Part shown: one piece after another, positions 1-8,284 of the stretch | Numbering within the stretch: the first letter of the stretch is position 1 | How the letters are laid out: each line of letters starts with the position of its first letter | Assembly (NCBI GenBank): GCA_031367385.1 | Contig: JANLPS010000400.1 | Location: 1 to 37,308, forward strand | Direction of reading: 5' to 3' | Source of the DNA: Archangium sp. | GTDB lineage: Bacteria; Myxococcota; Myxococcia; Myxococcales; Myxococcaceae | Length of the DNA: 37,308 nucleotides | Position numbers and translations under genes: made by a program | Notes under the pieces: generated by a model | Told to the model about the DNA's origin: nothing | What the model saw: the letters and a program-made list of their open reading frames with translations, nothing else | Database searches by the model: none

Positions 1-1362
1 CGTTCGCGAGCTCGACACGATGATCTCGCCACCCGCTCGGCGCAGCCTGAGCGCCCAGTCGCCGCCCGAGGTTCGGGCGATGAGCAGCTCGGTCGAGTGC
101 CGGAGCGTTCGCGAGTGCCGAACGATGATCTCGCCGCCCGCTCAGCACAACCTCCGGTCGCCTCCCGAGGGCCGAGCGATCCGCTCGCCGCCCGCGCGGC
201 GCACCCCGAGCGCCCGGTCGCATCCGGAGGTTCGGGCGATGAGCAGCTCGGTCGAGTGCCGGAGCGCTCGCGAGCACCGAACGATGATCTCGCCGCCCGC
301 GCGGCGCAGCCTGAGCGCCCGATCGCCACCCGAGGCTCGGGCGATGAGCAGCTCGGTCGAGTGCCGGAGCGCTCACGAGCGCCAAACGATGATCTCGCCG
401 CCCTCTCAGCGCAGCCTCCGATCGCATCGCGAGGGCCAACTGATGACCTCGCCGGCCGTGCGCAGCAGCCCCAGCGTCCGCTCGCCTCCCCAGCGCCGCT
501 TGAAGATACGCTCCTCCGAACACCCGACCGCTCCCGAGGCGCGGGCGATGACCTCGCAGGCCATGCGGCCCAGAATGAGCGAGCGAGCGCCGAGCCCGCG
601 TTCTCCGAGCAACCCACCATCGCTGCCCGCCCGCTCACCACCCGGCCGACGAGCGACCAGCCCCCCGCCCCACCCGCCTCGCGAGCACCGCAACCGGCCC
701 CTTTCAGCCGCGCTGAGCCCGCCGGAGCACCCGCTGAGCTCACCGAGCCCGCCCGCCCGTTGCACACCCGAGCCCCCCCCGGCCCCTCCGAAGACCTCGC
801 CGCCGCGATGATGACCCTCGACGCCGAGCTTGATCTCCCGCCGGCTCCAGAGGCACTCCCCTCTCCGCCGCCCAAGCCGGGCCGCGCCCCCGCGAAGATC
901 ACCGTGGTGGGTCAGGTCAAGGCCGCGCCAGCGGGGCTGTTTCGCCGAAGCGTGTCGTGGCTGGTCGATTTGATCGTGATCACCGGCGTGGTCTCGGCTC
1001 TGATGTTCGTCGCCGTGACGGTCATCTCACCCGCGGGTGGCGCCAAGCTCCAGATGCTCGAGAAGGTCGCACTCCCGGCGGCGGCGCTGACGACGCTGAT
1101 CGCCTTCGTCTACAGCGCGCTGTTCGCCTTTCTCTGGCAGGGCCGCACCTTCGGGCGACGGCTGGTGGGCATTCACCTGGTCGACAACTCCGGCAGCGCA
1201 CCAGGCCCCGTTCGAGCGCTCTTTCGTGCCATGCTGTCGGTCGTTTCGTTCGCGTTCTTTCTCTCGGGCTTCTGGTTGGCCCTCTTCGACCGCAAAGGCC
1301 AAACGTTGCACGACAAGCTCTCCCGCACCTTCGTGGTTCGCCTCGCTGCCGATGCTTCGTAA
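1..1362 (+). CDS. RDD family membrane protein with long repetitive/Pro-rich N-terminal region (5'-truncated)
   Basis: Frame 1 is open from base 1, so the true start lies outside the window. The C-terminus has RDD hallmarks: AGLFRRSVSWLVD, hydrophobic helices, GRTFGRRLVGI, DRKGQTLHDKLSRTFVV. Confidence 0.85.
   Translation, partial: RSRARHDDLATRSAQPERPVAARGSGDEQLGRVPERSRVPNDDLAARSAQPPVASRGPSDPLAARAAHPERPVASGGSGDEQLGRVPERSRAPNDDLAARAAQPERPIATRGSGDEQLGRVPERSRAPNDDLAALSAQPPIASRGPTDDLAGRAQQPQRPLASPAPLEDTLLRTPDRSRGAGDDLAGHAAQNERASAEPAFSEQPTIAARPLTTRPTSDQPPAPPASRAPQPAPFSRAEPAGAPAELTEPARPLHTRAPPGPSEDLAAAMMTLDAELDLPPAPEALPSPPPKPGRAPAKITVVGQVKAAPAGLFRRSVSWLVDLIVITGVVSALMFVAVTVISPAGGAKLQMLEKVALPAAALTTLIAFVYSALFAFLWQGRTFGRRLVGIHLVDNSGSAPGPVRALFRAMLSVVSFAFFLSGFWLALFDRKGQTLHDKLSRTFVVRLAADAS
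19..546 (+). repeat. Intragenic in-frame tandem repeat built from 105-nt (35 aa) and 54-nt (18 aa) units
   Basis: Units start at 19, 124, 178, 283, 388 and 442, mostly GATGATCTCGCC/GATGACCTCGCC (DDLA; DPLA at 178). Unit A ~DDLAARAAQPERPIATRGSGDEQLGRVPERSRAPN, unit B ~DDLAARSAQPPVASRGPS. Confidence 0.9.
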
Positions 1363-1375
1363 GCTCCCCACCTAA

Positions 1376-4330
1376 ATGCCCCAGCGCCTCGCCCAGCACT
1401 TAATCGCCCGAGGCCTGCTCAAGGCGAGCACGGTCGACGAAGCGATGCGCCGCATGTCGCGCAATGGCGGCTCGCTCGACACCAACCTGCTCGAGATGAC
1501 CGCGATTTCAGAAGCGGGCATGCTGCAGGCGATCTCCGACGCGAGCGGCGTGCGGCTGGTGAACCTGGCCGACTTCGAGCCCAACCCCGACGCCGGCCCG
1601 CTGATGCCATTCAAGATGGCCAAGCAGCTGGGGGTGGTGCCGCTCTCGGTCGACGGCATCGCGCTGCACATCGCGTGCACCTACCCGATACCGCAGAACC
1701 AGTTGAAAGACGTCGGGTTCTTGCTCGGCCGCAAGCTCGAGCTGTGGGTCTCGCTCGAGTGCCGGGTGAAGAACTGGCAGTCGTTGGTCTACGGCCAGCC
1801 GCTCGAAGCCCGCATGTCGCAGCTGCTCGCCTCACTCGACCCGCCGAAGCGAATCTCGAAGGTGGTGGCGGCCAAAGAAGTGACCCGCCGCGCGACCGCC
1901 CCGACCTCGCAGAGTGAGTCGCTTTCGCATGAGGTGCTCGAGCGCATCTCTCGCGGCATCATCGACGAGCCGGTGTTGCTCTCGACGCCCAAGAAGAAGG
2001 GCGCCCCTGCCTCGGCGCCGGCCGCCGCGCCGCGCCCCCCGACGCCCTCCGCCCCGACCCAGGCGCTCGGAGAAGACGAAGACTCGAAGACCTCGGTGGT
2101 CGAGGCCAAGGCCTACGAGCGCTACGCCAAGGCCGCGGGGGCCACGACCGCTCCGAAGGCCCTGGGCGATGGCGAGCTCTCGCCGACGCTCGAGGTGCCG
2201 AAGCCCAAGCTCACTGAAGACGTGACCGACCCGACCCGAATGCTCGACACCTCCGGGTACGAGCAGTACGCAAAAGACTCGGCCAAGGCGACCGAGGTGA
2301 TGCCCGAGCCCCCGCCGATGCCGATTCGGTTTCCCGGAGGCATGGCGCCCCCTCGGCGCAGCGCTCCCGAGGCCCCGGCCAAGACCGAAGCCGGCTCGTC
2401 GTGGGTGCGACCCGCCATCCCCAGCCGGCCGGGGGTCGATCGCTCCGGGCCCGTCGCGCCGGCCCCGTTGCCTTCGATTACCGCCGTCAAGCCCGAGCAC
2501 GTACCCCAAGCCGCCGAAGAGCCCTCGGTCGTGGTCGACATCGAGCCCGAGGCCCCGCTGCTCGACGCCACGGTGGCGACGGTGGCCTCGGGGTTCACCG
2601 AGCTCAGCCCCGACGAGACCGATTTCTCAGACGTCAATTCGCTGGTGACCGCGCCGATGGTGCAGGTGCAGCCGCCGCCTCCACCGCCACCGAGCGCCCC
2701 GCCGGTGCCGACGCACCCTTCGCCCGCGCCGGCGCCATCGCCGAGCCGCACCTCGCCTTCTCCGGTGCCGCAGCGCTCAGAGCCCTGGGCGATGATGTCA
2801 CCCGCGTCGCTGATGCCGCCTCCGACGCCGATGTCGCCCGCGGTGCCGCTCGCCGGCGTGCAGCTCACGGCCGGAGACCCGATCATCTCGGCCTCGCCCC
2901 CCGGCCTGGGCCCGGCCGGCGCCGCGGAGTGGACGCTGGCCCAGGCCCGCCAATCGCTCAAGACCGCGAGCCAAGACCGCGAGCAGCTGGTCTCGGTGAT
3001 TCTCGACTACGGGCGTCGCACCTTCGAATACGTGTCGGCCTTTGCGGTGATGCGCGGCGCGGCGTACGGCTGGGAGGCCCGCGGCGAAGGCGACCTCTCT
3101 CCCATTCGCGACCTCGCGATACCCCTCGATGCGGCGAGCGCGTTTCGCACCGTGGCGCTCACGCGTGGCAGCTACGTGGGCCCGCTGCCCCCCGATGCGC
3201 TGACCCAGCACTACCTGGCGCTCTTGGGCCGCAGCCCGCGCACCGTCTTCGTCTGGCCGGTCGAGGTGCAGGGCCGGCTGGTGGCGATCATCTACGGCGA
3301 TTGCGGCGCGCGCCCGGTCAGCCAGCGGCGGCTCTCTGACTTCATTCTGTTCTGCCAAGACCTGCCGTCGGCGTTTCACGACCTGATCGTCTTTCGCAAG
3401 TTGAACCCGCCCGCCCCCATTGAGTACCCGGCGCCGAGCGAGCCCGCGCTCGAGGCCAGTGGCGAGCTGCCCACCGACGCCGATTGGTTTCATGGCTTGA
3501 TGTCGCTCTTGACCGGGCCCGACCCCTCCGAGCGCTCGATGGCGATGGTCGAATTGCTCAAGACGCCCGAGGCCTCGGCCCACGCCTTGGCCGCCGCCTT
3601 CCCCGGGCCGACCGGGTGGTCGCGGTTGCCGGTGGTCGAGCTGCCCGAGCCCGATGAGCTGGGGCCGATACCCGGCGCGATGGCCCGGCTGGGCGCGCTC
3701 GGTGCAACCGCGCTGGCGCCGCTGCTCGACTCGGCCGATTCAGACACCCGGTATCTCGCGTTGTTGACCGCTGGCAGCCTGCGTTACCCCGACGTCGTCG
3801 ATGGCGTGCTGCGCGGGCTGTTCGACCTCGAGCCCGACATCTCATCGGCCGCGCGCTCGGCGTCAGCCTGGCTCAGGTACTTGCCCTCGTTTCAGGCACG
3901 CATGCCCGACTTGAGACAAGAGCTCGCCGCGAGCGACCCGCTTCGACGCAGCCTGGCCGCGCGCGCCTTGGGGGTGCTGCACGACCGCGACGCGATCGAC
4001 GGGCTGATCAACCTGACCGGCAGCGAAGACGACCTCTGCGCCACCTCGGCCGCCGAGGCGCTCAAAGAGGTCACCCGCGCCGCCTTCGGCACCAACCCCC
4101 GCGCGTGGACAGCGTGGTGGGCGAGCGCCCGGAGCCGCCGCCGCATCGAGTGGCTGGTCGAAGCCCTGGCCTCTGACGACTTCGACCTGCGCTTGTCGGC
4201 GATCGAAGAGCTGTCGCGAACCTTCGGCGACAACCACGGCTTCTTCGCCGATGGCCCCCGCGAAGAACGCAACGCCTCGGTCGCCCGATGGCAAGAGGTC
4301 GTCACCTCGCGGCCTGATCTCGAGCTTTAA
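1376..4330 (+). CDS. frgA: FrgA-like protein: N-terminal MshEN/T2SSE_N-like domain, Pro-rich linker, GAF-like domain, C-terminal HEAT repeats
   Basis: 984 aa. N-terminus MPQRLAQHLIARGLL...SLDTNLLE...KQLGVVPL...LHIAC resembles the GspE/PilB N-domain. C-terminal HEAT-like repeats (RRSLAARALGVL, SAAEALKEVT, LRLSAIEEL). The architecture matches my recollection of myxobacterial FrgA. Confidence 0.7.
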   Translation: MPQRLAQHLIARGLLKASTVDEAMRRMSRNGGSLDTNLLEMTAISEAGMLQAISDASGVRLVNLADFEPNPDAGPLMPFKMAKQLGVVPLSVDGIALHIACTYPIPQNQLKDVGFLLGRKLELWVSLECRVKNWQSLVYGQPLEARMSQLLASLDPPKRISKVVAAKEVTRRATAPTSQSESLSHEVLERISRGIIDEPVLLSTPKKKGAPASAPAAAPRPPTPSAPTQALGEDEDSKTSVVEAKAYERYAKAAGATTAPKALGDGELSPTLEVPKPKLTEDVTDPTRMLDTSGYEQYAKDSAKATEVMPEPPPMPIRFPGGMAPPRRSAPEAPAKTEAGSSWVRPAIPSRPGVDRSGPVAPAPLPSITAVKPEHVPQAAEEPSVVVDIEPEAPLLDATVATVASGFTELSPDETDFSDVNSLVTAPMVQVQPPPPPPPSAPPVPTHPSPAPAPSPSRTSPSPVPQRSEPWAMMSPASLMPPPTPMSPAVPLAGVQLTAGDPIISASPPGLGPAGAAEWTLAQARQSLKTASQDREQLVSVILDYGRRTFEYVSAFAVMRGAAYGWEARGEGDLSPIRDLAIPLDAASAFRTVALTRGSYVGPLPPDALTQHYLALLGRSPRTVFVWPVEVQGRLVAIIYGDCGARPVSQRRLSDFILFCQDLPSAFHDLIVFRKLNPPAPIEYPAPSEPALEASGELPTDADWFHGLMSLLTGPDPSERSMAMVELLKTPEASAHALAAAFPGPTGWSRLPVVELPEPDELGPIPGAMARLGALGATALAPLLDSADSDTRYLALLTAGSLRYPDVVDGVLRGLFDLEPDISSAARSASAWLRYLPSFQARMPDLRQELAASDPLRRSLAARALGVLHDRDAIDGLINLTGSEDDLCATSAAEALKEVTRAAFGTNPRAWTAWWASARSRRRIEWLVEALASDDFDLRLSAIEELSRTFGDNHGFFADGPREERNASVARWQEVVTSRPDLEL

Positions 4331-4463
4331 GAACCTCGAGGCGTACCCGGGCCCACACGGCCCAAGCCCGCTCAACCACTGTCGAATTTCACGTCTCATC
4401 GGAGCGTGCTGGGAGAGGGTAACGGCGCGCCTACGGCACCTGTCATGAGCCGTAAGCGACCGA

Positions 4464-5030
4464 ATGACGGAGCCGACCACGAAAGCGCTCGTTGAAGGTG
4501 CCCGCCGGGGAGACCCGGTGGCCCGAGAAGCCCTCGTTCGACGGCACTTGAGAGCGGCATACGCGGTGGCGTTGGCGGTGACTCGAATACCGGCAGATGC
4601 AGAAGACCTGGCGCAAGAGGGTTTCATGGTGGCCTTTGACAAGCTCGAGACTTGCCGTGACCCCGAGCGCTTCGGCGCGTGGCTCGTGCAAATCGTGCGT
4701 ACCCGCTCGCTCAATCGGCTCGAGCAGCGAAGGCTCCGCGAGACCACGGCCCAGAAGGTGGCCGAGCTGCGCAACGAGGCCCAGCGTGCGCCCGCCGAGA
4801 CCTTTGGGCTGCGCCGGCAGCTCACCGACGCGCTTGAGCACATCAGCGCGGTGCAGCGCGAAGTGGTGCTGCTCCACGACCTGGAGTCGTGGACCCACCC
4901 GGAGATCGCCGCCTCGCTCGGCATCAGCGAAGTGATGAGCCGGCAGCACCTCTTTCAAGCGCGAAAGAAGCTTCGCGACGTACTCTCTGTGCAAGACGCC
5001 CCAGTGGCGGAGGCAACCCGTGGCTCGTGA
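4464..5030 (+). CDS. ECF-type RNA polymerase sigma-70 factor
   Basis: Region 2 DAEDLAQEGFMVAF...FGAWLVQIVR; region 4 QREVVLLHDLESWTHPEIAASLGISEVMSRQHLFQARKKLR. Confidence 0.93.
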   Translation: MTEPTTKALVEGARRGDPVAREALVRRHLRAAYAVALAVTRIPADAEDLAQEGFMVAFDKLETCRDPERFGAWLVQIVRTRSLNRLEQRRLRETTAQKVAELRNEAQRAPAETFGLRRQLTDALEHISAVQREVVLLHDLESWTHPEIAASLGISEVMSRQHLFQARKKLRDVLSVQDAPVAEATRGS

Positions 5031-5373
5031 CAGCGACAAAATCGACTTCAGCCCGCTCGACCCGTCGCGCGAGCCGGCCCACTGGGAGAGCCTGGTGCAG
5101 GCCACCCTCGCCCAGGCCCGACCGATGGCCGCCGTGCACCCGCTCTTCGCCTCGCTCGCCTCGAGGTCGGGGCGAGTCGCTTTGGCGCTGGCCGCCGCGG
5201 TCGCCCTGATGGCCTGGCTGCCCTCGATGCTGCAGGCGAGCGCCGAGCCGGCGACCGAGAGCGCACGGCAGAGCGACGCGGCGACGCAGCTGGCGACCTG
5301 GGCCTCACGCGGTGAAGTGCCGGCCGACGAAAACATCTTCGCCACCTTCGGAGCCACCCATGCCGGCGAATGA
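5020..5373 (+). CDS. Probable membrane anti-sigma factor (small single-TM protein)
   Basis: GTG start with GGAGG RBS (5009-5013) overlapping the sigma 3' end. One hydrophobic segment (VALALAAAVALMAWL). Position directly after an ECF sigma. Confidence 0.65.
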   Translation: MARDSDKIDFSPLDPSREPAHWESLVQATLAQARPMAAVHPLFASLASRSGRVALALAAAVALMAWLPSMLQASAEPATESARQSDAATQLATWASRGEVPADENIFATFGATHAGE

Positions 5374-5782
5374 GCAACCCACCGCGCGTCGCATTCACCT
5401 GACCTCGGCGCTGGTCGTGTTGGCGACGTTCATCGCGGGCGCAGCGGCGGGCATGGGCGTCTCAGCCTCGTTTCGGCACCACCCGCATGGCCCTGGGCCA
5501 GGTGGGCCTGGGGGCCCGCGCCGACCGCCCTGGCTCGAAGAGCTGAACCTCACCGCCGAGCAGCAACCGGTGGCGCAGAAGATTTTCGACAAGCACCACG
5601 AGGCGATGGAGGCCCTGATCAAAGAGGGTTTCCCCAAGGTGCAGGCCATCAACGAGGCGATGGAGAACGAGCTGCGCGGCATCTTGACGCCGGAGCAGAT
5701 GACGCGGCTCGCGGAGATCAAGAAGCACCGCCCGATGGGTGGCCGGCACCCAGGCATGATGGGGCCTCAGCAGAAAGAGTGA
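5360..5782 (+). CDS. Membrane-anchored periplasmic Spy/CpxP-like or heavy-metal-sensor protein
   Basis: ATG at 5360 after GGAG. N-terminal TM anchor, Gly/Pro/His linker, LNLTAEQQ and ILTPEQ (LTxxQ motifs), His/Met-rich. 140 aa. Confidence 0.75.
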   Translation: MPANEQPTARRIHLTSALVVLATFIAGAAAGMGVSASFRHHPHGPGPGGPGGPRRPPWLEELNLTAEQQPVAQKIFDKHHEAMEALIKEGFPKVQAINEAMENELRGILTPEQMTRLAEIKKHRPMGGRHPGMMGPQQKE

Positions 5783-5789
5783 AATGGCT

Positions 5790-5815
5790 CGAGGGGTCGT
5801 GCGCACGGCCCCTCG
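5790..5815 (+). terminator. Hairpin after the ECF operon (possible intrinsic terminator or stability stem)
   Basis: CGAGGGGTCGT-gcgc-ACGGCCCCTCG: 11-bp stem with one G-U pair, 7 nt after the stop. The U-tail is weak. Confidence 0.5.
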
Positions 5816-5878
5816 TTGAACGTGGAGAACTCCAACGAACCTCACCACCACCCAGAGCTTCGCTTAGGCTGCGACGAC

Positions 5879-7366
5879 ATGAGTGACGGCAGCGACTTCA
5901 TTGCAGGCCAGTTCGTGCGACCACGGCAGGTCGAGGGCGAGCTGGTCATCAACAGCCCCGCAGACCTCGATGACCTCGTCGGCCGGCACGACTGGAGCCG
6001 CAGCCAGGTCGATGACGCGGTCTCCGCGGCCCGAGGTGCGTTTGGAGCCTGGCGCCGCCGCTCGCCAACCGAGCGCGCGGCGCTGCTTCGCGGGTATCAA
6101 GCGGCGCTGAAGAAGAACGCTGACGCCTTGGCGAAGATGATCGCCCGCGAAATCGGCAAGCCCTTGTGGGAAGCCAAGACCGAGGTGCAGGCGATGGTCT
6201 CGAAGGTCGATGTGACCTTGAGCGAAGGCGCGGCCTTCACCGCAGATCACCGCATCGCAGATCTCCCCGGTGAGATTCGGCACCGCCCCCACGGAGTCAT
6301 CGCCGTCATCGGGCCCTTCAATTTCCCCGGGCACTTGCCCAATGGCCAAATCGTGCCAGCGCTGCTGACCGGCAACACGGTGGTCTTCAAGCCGTCTGAC
6401 AAGGGCGCGGGCACCGCGGTGCTGATGGCGCAGTGCTTCGCTGAGGCCGGGTTTGCTCCAGGCGTGTTCAACGTGGTTCAGGGGCCGGCGCCAGTGGCCG
6501 AGAAGCTGACGACGCACGAGGGCATCGACGCCATTCTCTTCACCGGGAGCGTGTCGGTGGGGCAGAGAATCATCGCGGCCAATGCGCACCGGCCCGGGTT
6601 GCTCATCGCGCTCGAGCTGGGCGGCAAGAACGCCAGCCTGGTGCTCGATGACGCAGACCTCGAGCGAACGGTGCGAGAAGTGGCGTTCTCTGGCTTCGCC
6701 ACCGCAGGGCAGCGGTGCACGGCGAGCAGCCGAGTGCTGGTGACGCGCACAATCGCTGAGCAATTCTGCGAGCGCCTGGCGAAGGCCGCGAAGGCCGCCC
6801 GGGTCGGCTACATCTTCGATGAGGGCACTTTCATGGGCCCGGTCATCTCCGAACCGACGCGACGGGCGTTGGTGCACGCGCAGCAGCTGGCGGTGAACGC
6901 GGGGTTCGAGGCCCTGGCCCCCGGAGGCGCGGTCGAGGTTGCGGGGCATCGCGGCTACTACGTGCGGCCGGCGGTGCACGTCGCGCCGAAGGGCCTCGAG
7001 CGACTGAGCGGGTACACCGACACCGAGCTCTTCGCGCCCGACCTGGCGGTGCAGGTGGTCGACTCGCTCGACGCGGCCGTCGCGCTGGCGAATGACACGC
7101 CCTTCGGGCTGTCAGCGGCGGTCTTCACCTCGTCAGAAGCATCGTTCGAGGCCTGCGCCGACGGGTTGCGAGTGGGCGTCCTCCACTGGAATCGGTCGAG
7201 CGCGGGGGCGAGCGGGCGCTTGCCATTTGGCGGCATGAAGGCCTCGGGCAATCACCGGCCAGCCGGCATTTTGATGGGCAGATCATGCCTGTTTCCCCAG
7301 GCGGTTCTGCTGCCTCCAAAGGCCGCGACGCCCTTGCCCACGTGGCCGGGCATTTCGTTCGAATAA
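5879..7366 (+). CDS. astD: Aldehyde dehydrogenase, succinylglutamate-5-semialdehyde dehydrogenase (AstD)-like
   Basis: GPFNFPGHLPNG, FTGS, LELGGKN (catalytic Glu), GQRCT (catalytic Cys), PFGGMKASGNHRP typical of AstD. ATG 5879 is preferred over TTG 5816. Confidence 0.8.
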   Translation: MSDGSDFIAGQFVRPRQVEGELVINSPADLDDLVGRHDWSRSQVDDAVSAARGAFGAWRRRSPTERAALLRGYQAALKKNADALAKMIAREIGKPLWEAKTEVQAMVSKVDVTLSEGAAFTADHRIADLPGEIRHRPHGVIAVIGPFNFPGHLPNGQIVPALLTGNTVVFKPSDKGAGTAVLMAQCFAEAGFAPGVFNVVQGPAPVAEKLTTHEGIDAILFTGSVSVGQRIIAANAHRPGLLIALELGGKNASLVLDDADLERTVREVAFSGFATAGQRCTASSRVLVTRTIAEQFCERLAKAAKAARVGYIFDEGTFMGPVISEPTRRALVHAQQLAVNAGFEALAPGGAVEVAGHRGYYVRPAVHVAPKGLERLSGYTDTELFAPDLAVQVVDSLDAAVALANDTPFGLSAAVFTSSEASFEACADGLRVGVLHWNRSSAGASGRLPFGGMKASGNHRPAGILMGRSCLFPQAVLLPPKAATPLPTWPGISFE

Positions 7367-7417
7367 AGAGGCCGCTTCGCTTCTTGCTTGAAGCGCTCGT
7401 TTGTCGTTGAAGCCGCC

Positions 7418-8254
7418 ATGGTCGAATTCGAGCAGTACCGCGGGCATTGGTTCATCGTCAAAATCGGCGGAGAGCTCGCGCTCGACGTTCGCCGGCTCTC
7501 GCGCACGGTGGGCGAGGCGGTCAAGCGCTTCACCGACGCGGGCATCAAGGTCGCCGTCGTTCACGGAGCGGGCCCCCAGGCCACCGAGCTGTCACTGCGC
7601 CTCGGGCTGCAGACCCAGCAGGTCGCCGGGCAGCGCGTCACCGATGAAGCCACACTCGAGGTGATGAAGATGGCCCTCGCTGGCCGCGCCTCGGTCGACA
7701 TCGCCGCCGCCTTTCGCCTCGCCAACGTCACCGCCATCGCCACCTCGGGCGTCTCGGCCGGCCTGGTCGAAGCCAGCCGCCGCGCACCGGTGCAGATCAA
7801 CGGCGAATCGGTCGACTACGGCCTGGTCGGCGACATCACCGCCATCAACGTCACCCTCTTCGAGAAGCTCGCCAGCATCGGCGTGGTGCCGCTCATCGGC
7901 TCGCTCGCCGGCGACGCGATGGGCCACGTGTACAACGTCAACGCCGACACCGTGGCCGGCCGCTTGGCGGGCACGCTGCGCGCATCGAAGCTCTTTCTCG
8001 TCTCGAACGTGCCTGGCGTGCTCAAAGACAAGCACGACCCGCGCAGCCGGCTGCCCCGCCTGACCCGGGCCGACGCCCTTGCCCACATCGCCAGCGGCGC
8101 CATCACCGGCGGCATGATCCCCAAGGTGCAGGAGAGCCTCGCCCTGCTCGAAGGCGGCCTCGAAGCCATTCACATTGTTGGCCTCGAGCCCGAATCGGCC
8201 CTGTTCGACGAGTGTCTCGAGCCCGGGAGTCGCGGGACCGTGTTCGTGAGGTAG
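7418..8254 (+). CDS. argB: Acetylglutamate kinase
   Basis: IVKIGG, VVHGAGPQ, GQRVTD, NVNAD, ITGGMIPK motifs of N-acetylglutamate kinase. Confidence 0.88.
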   Translation: MVEFEQYRGHWFIVKIGGELALDVRRLSRTVGEAVKRFTDAGIKVAVVHGAGPQATELSLRLGLQTQQVAGQRVTDEATLEVMKMALAGRASVDIAAAFRLANVTAIATSGVSAGLVEASRRAPVQINGESVDYGLVGDITAINVTLFEKLASIGVVPLIGSLAGDAMGHVYNVNADTVAGRLAGTLRASKLFLVSNVPGVLKDKHDPRSRLPRLTRADALAHIASGAITGGMIPKVQESLALLEGGLEAIHIVGLEPESALFDECLEPGSRGTVFVR

Positions 8255-8284
8255 GCTGTCTTCGTGCGCGTGGTTCGTCCGACA

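Noticed and set aside
20..811. 263-aa Ser/Pro/Arg-rich ORF in frame 2
   Set aside because: Alternate-frame shadow of the repeat region. Frame 1 is continuous with the RDD domain.
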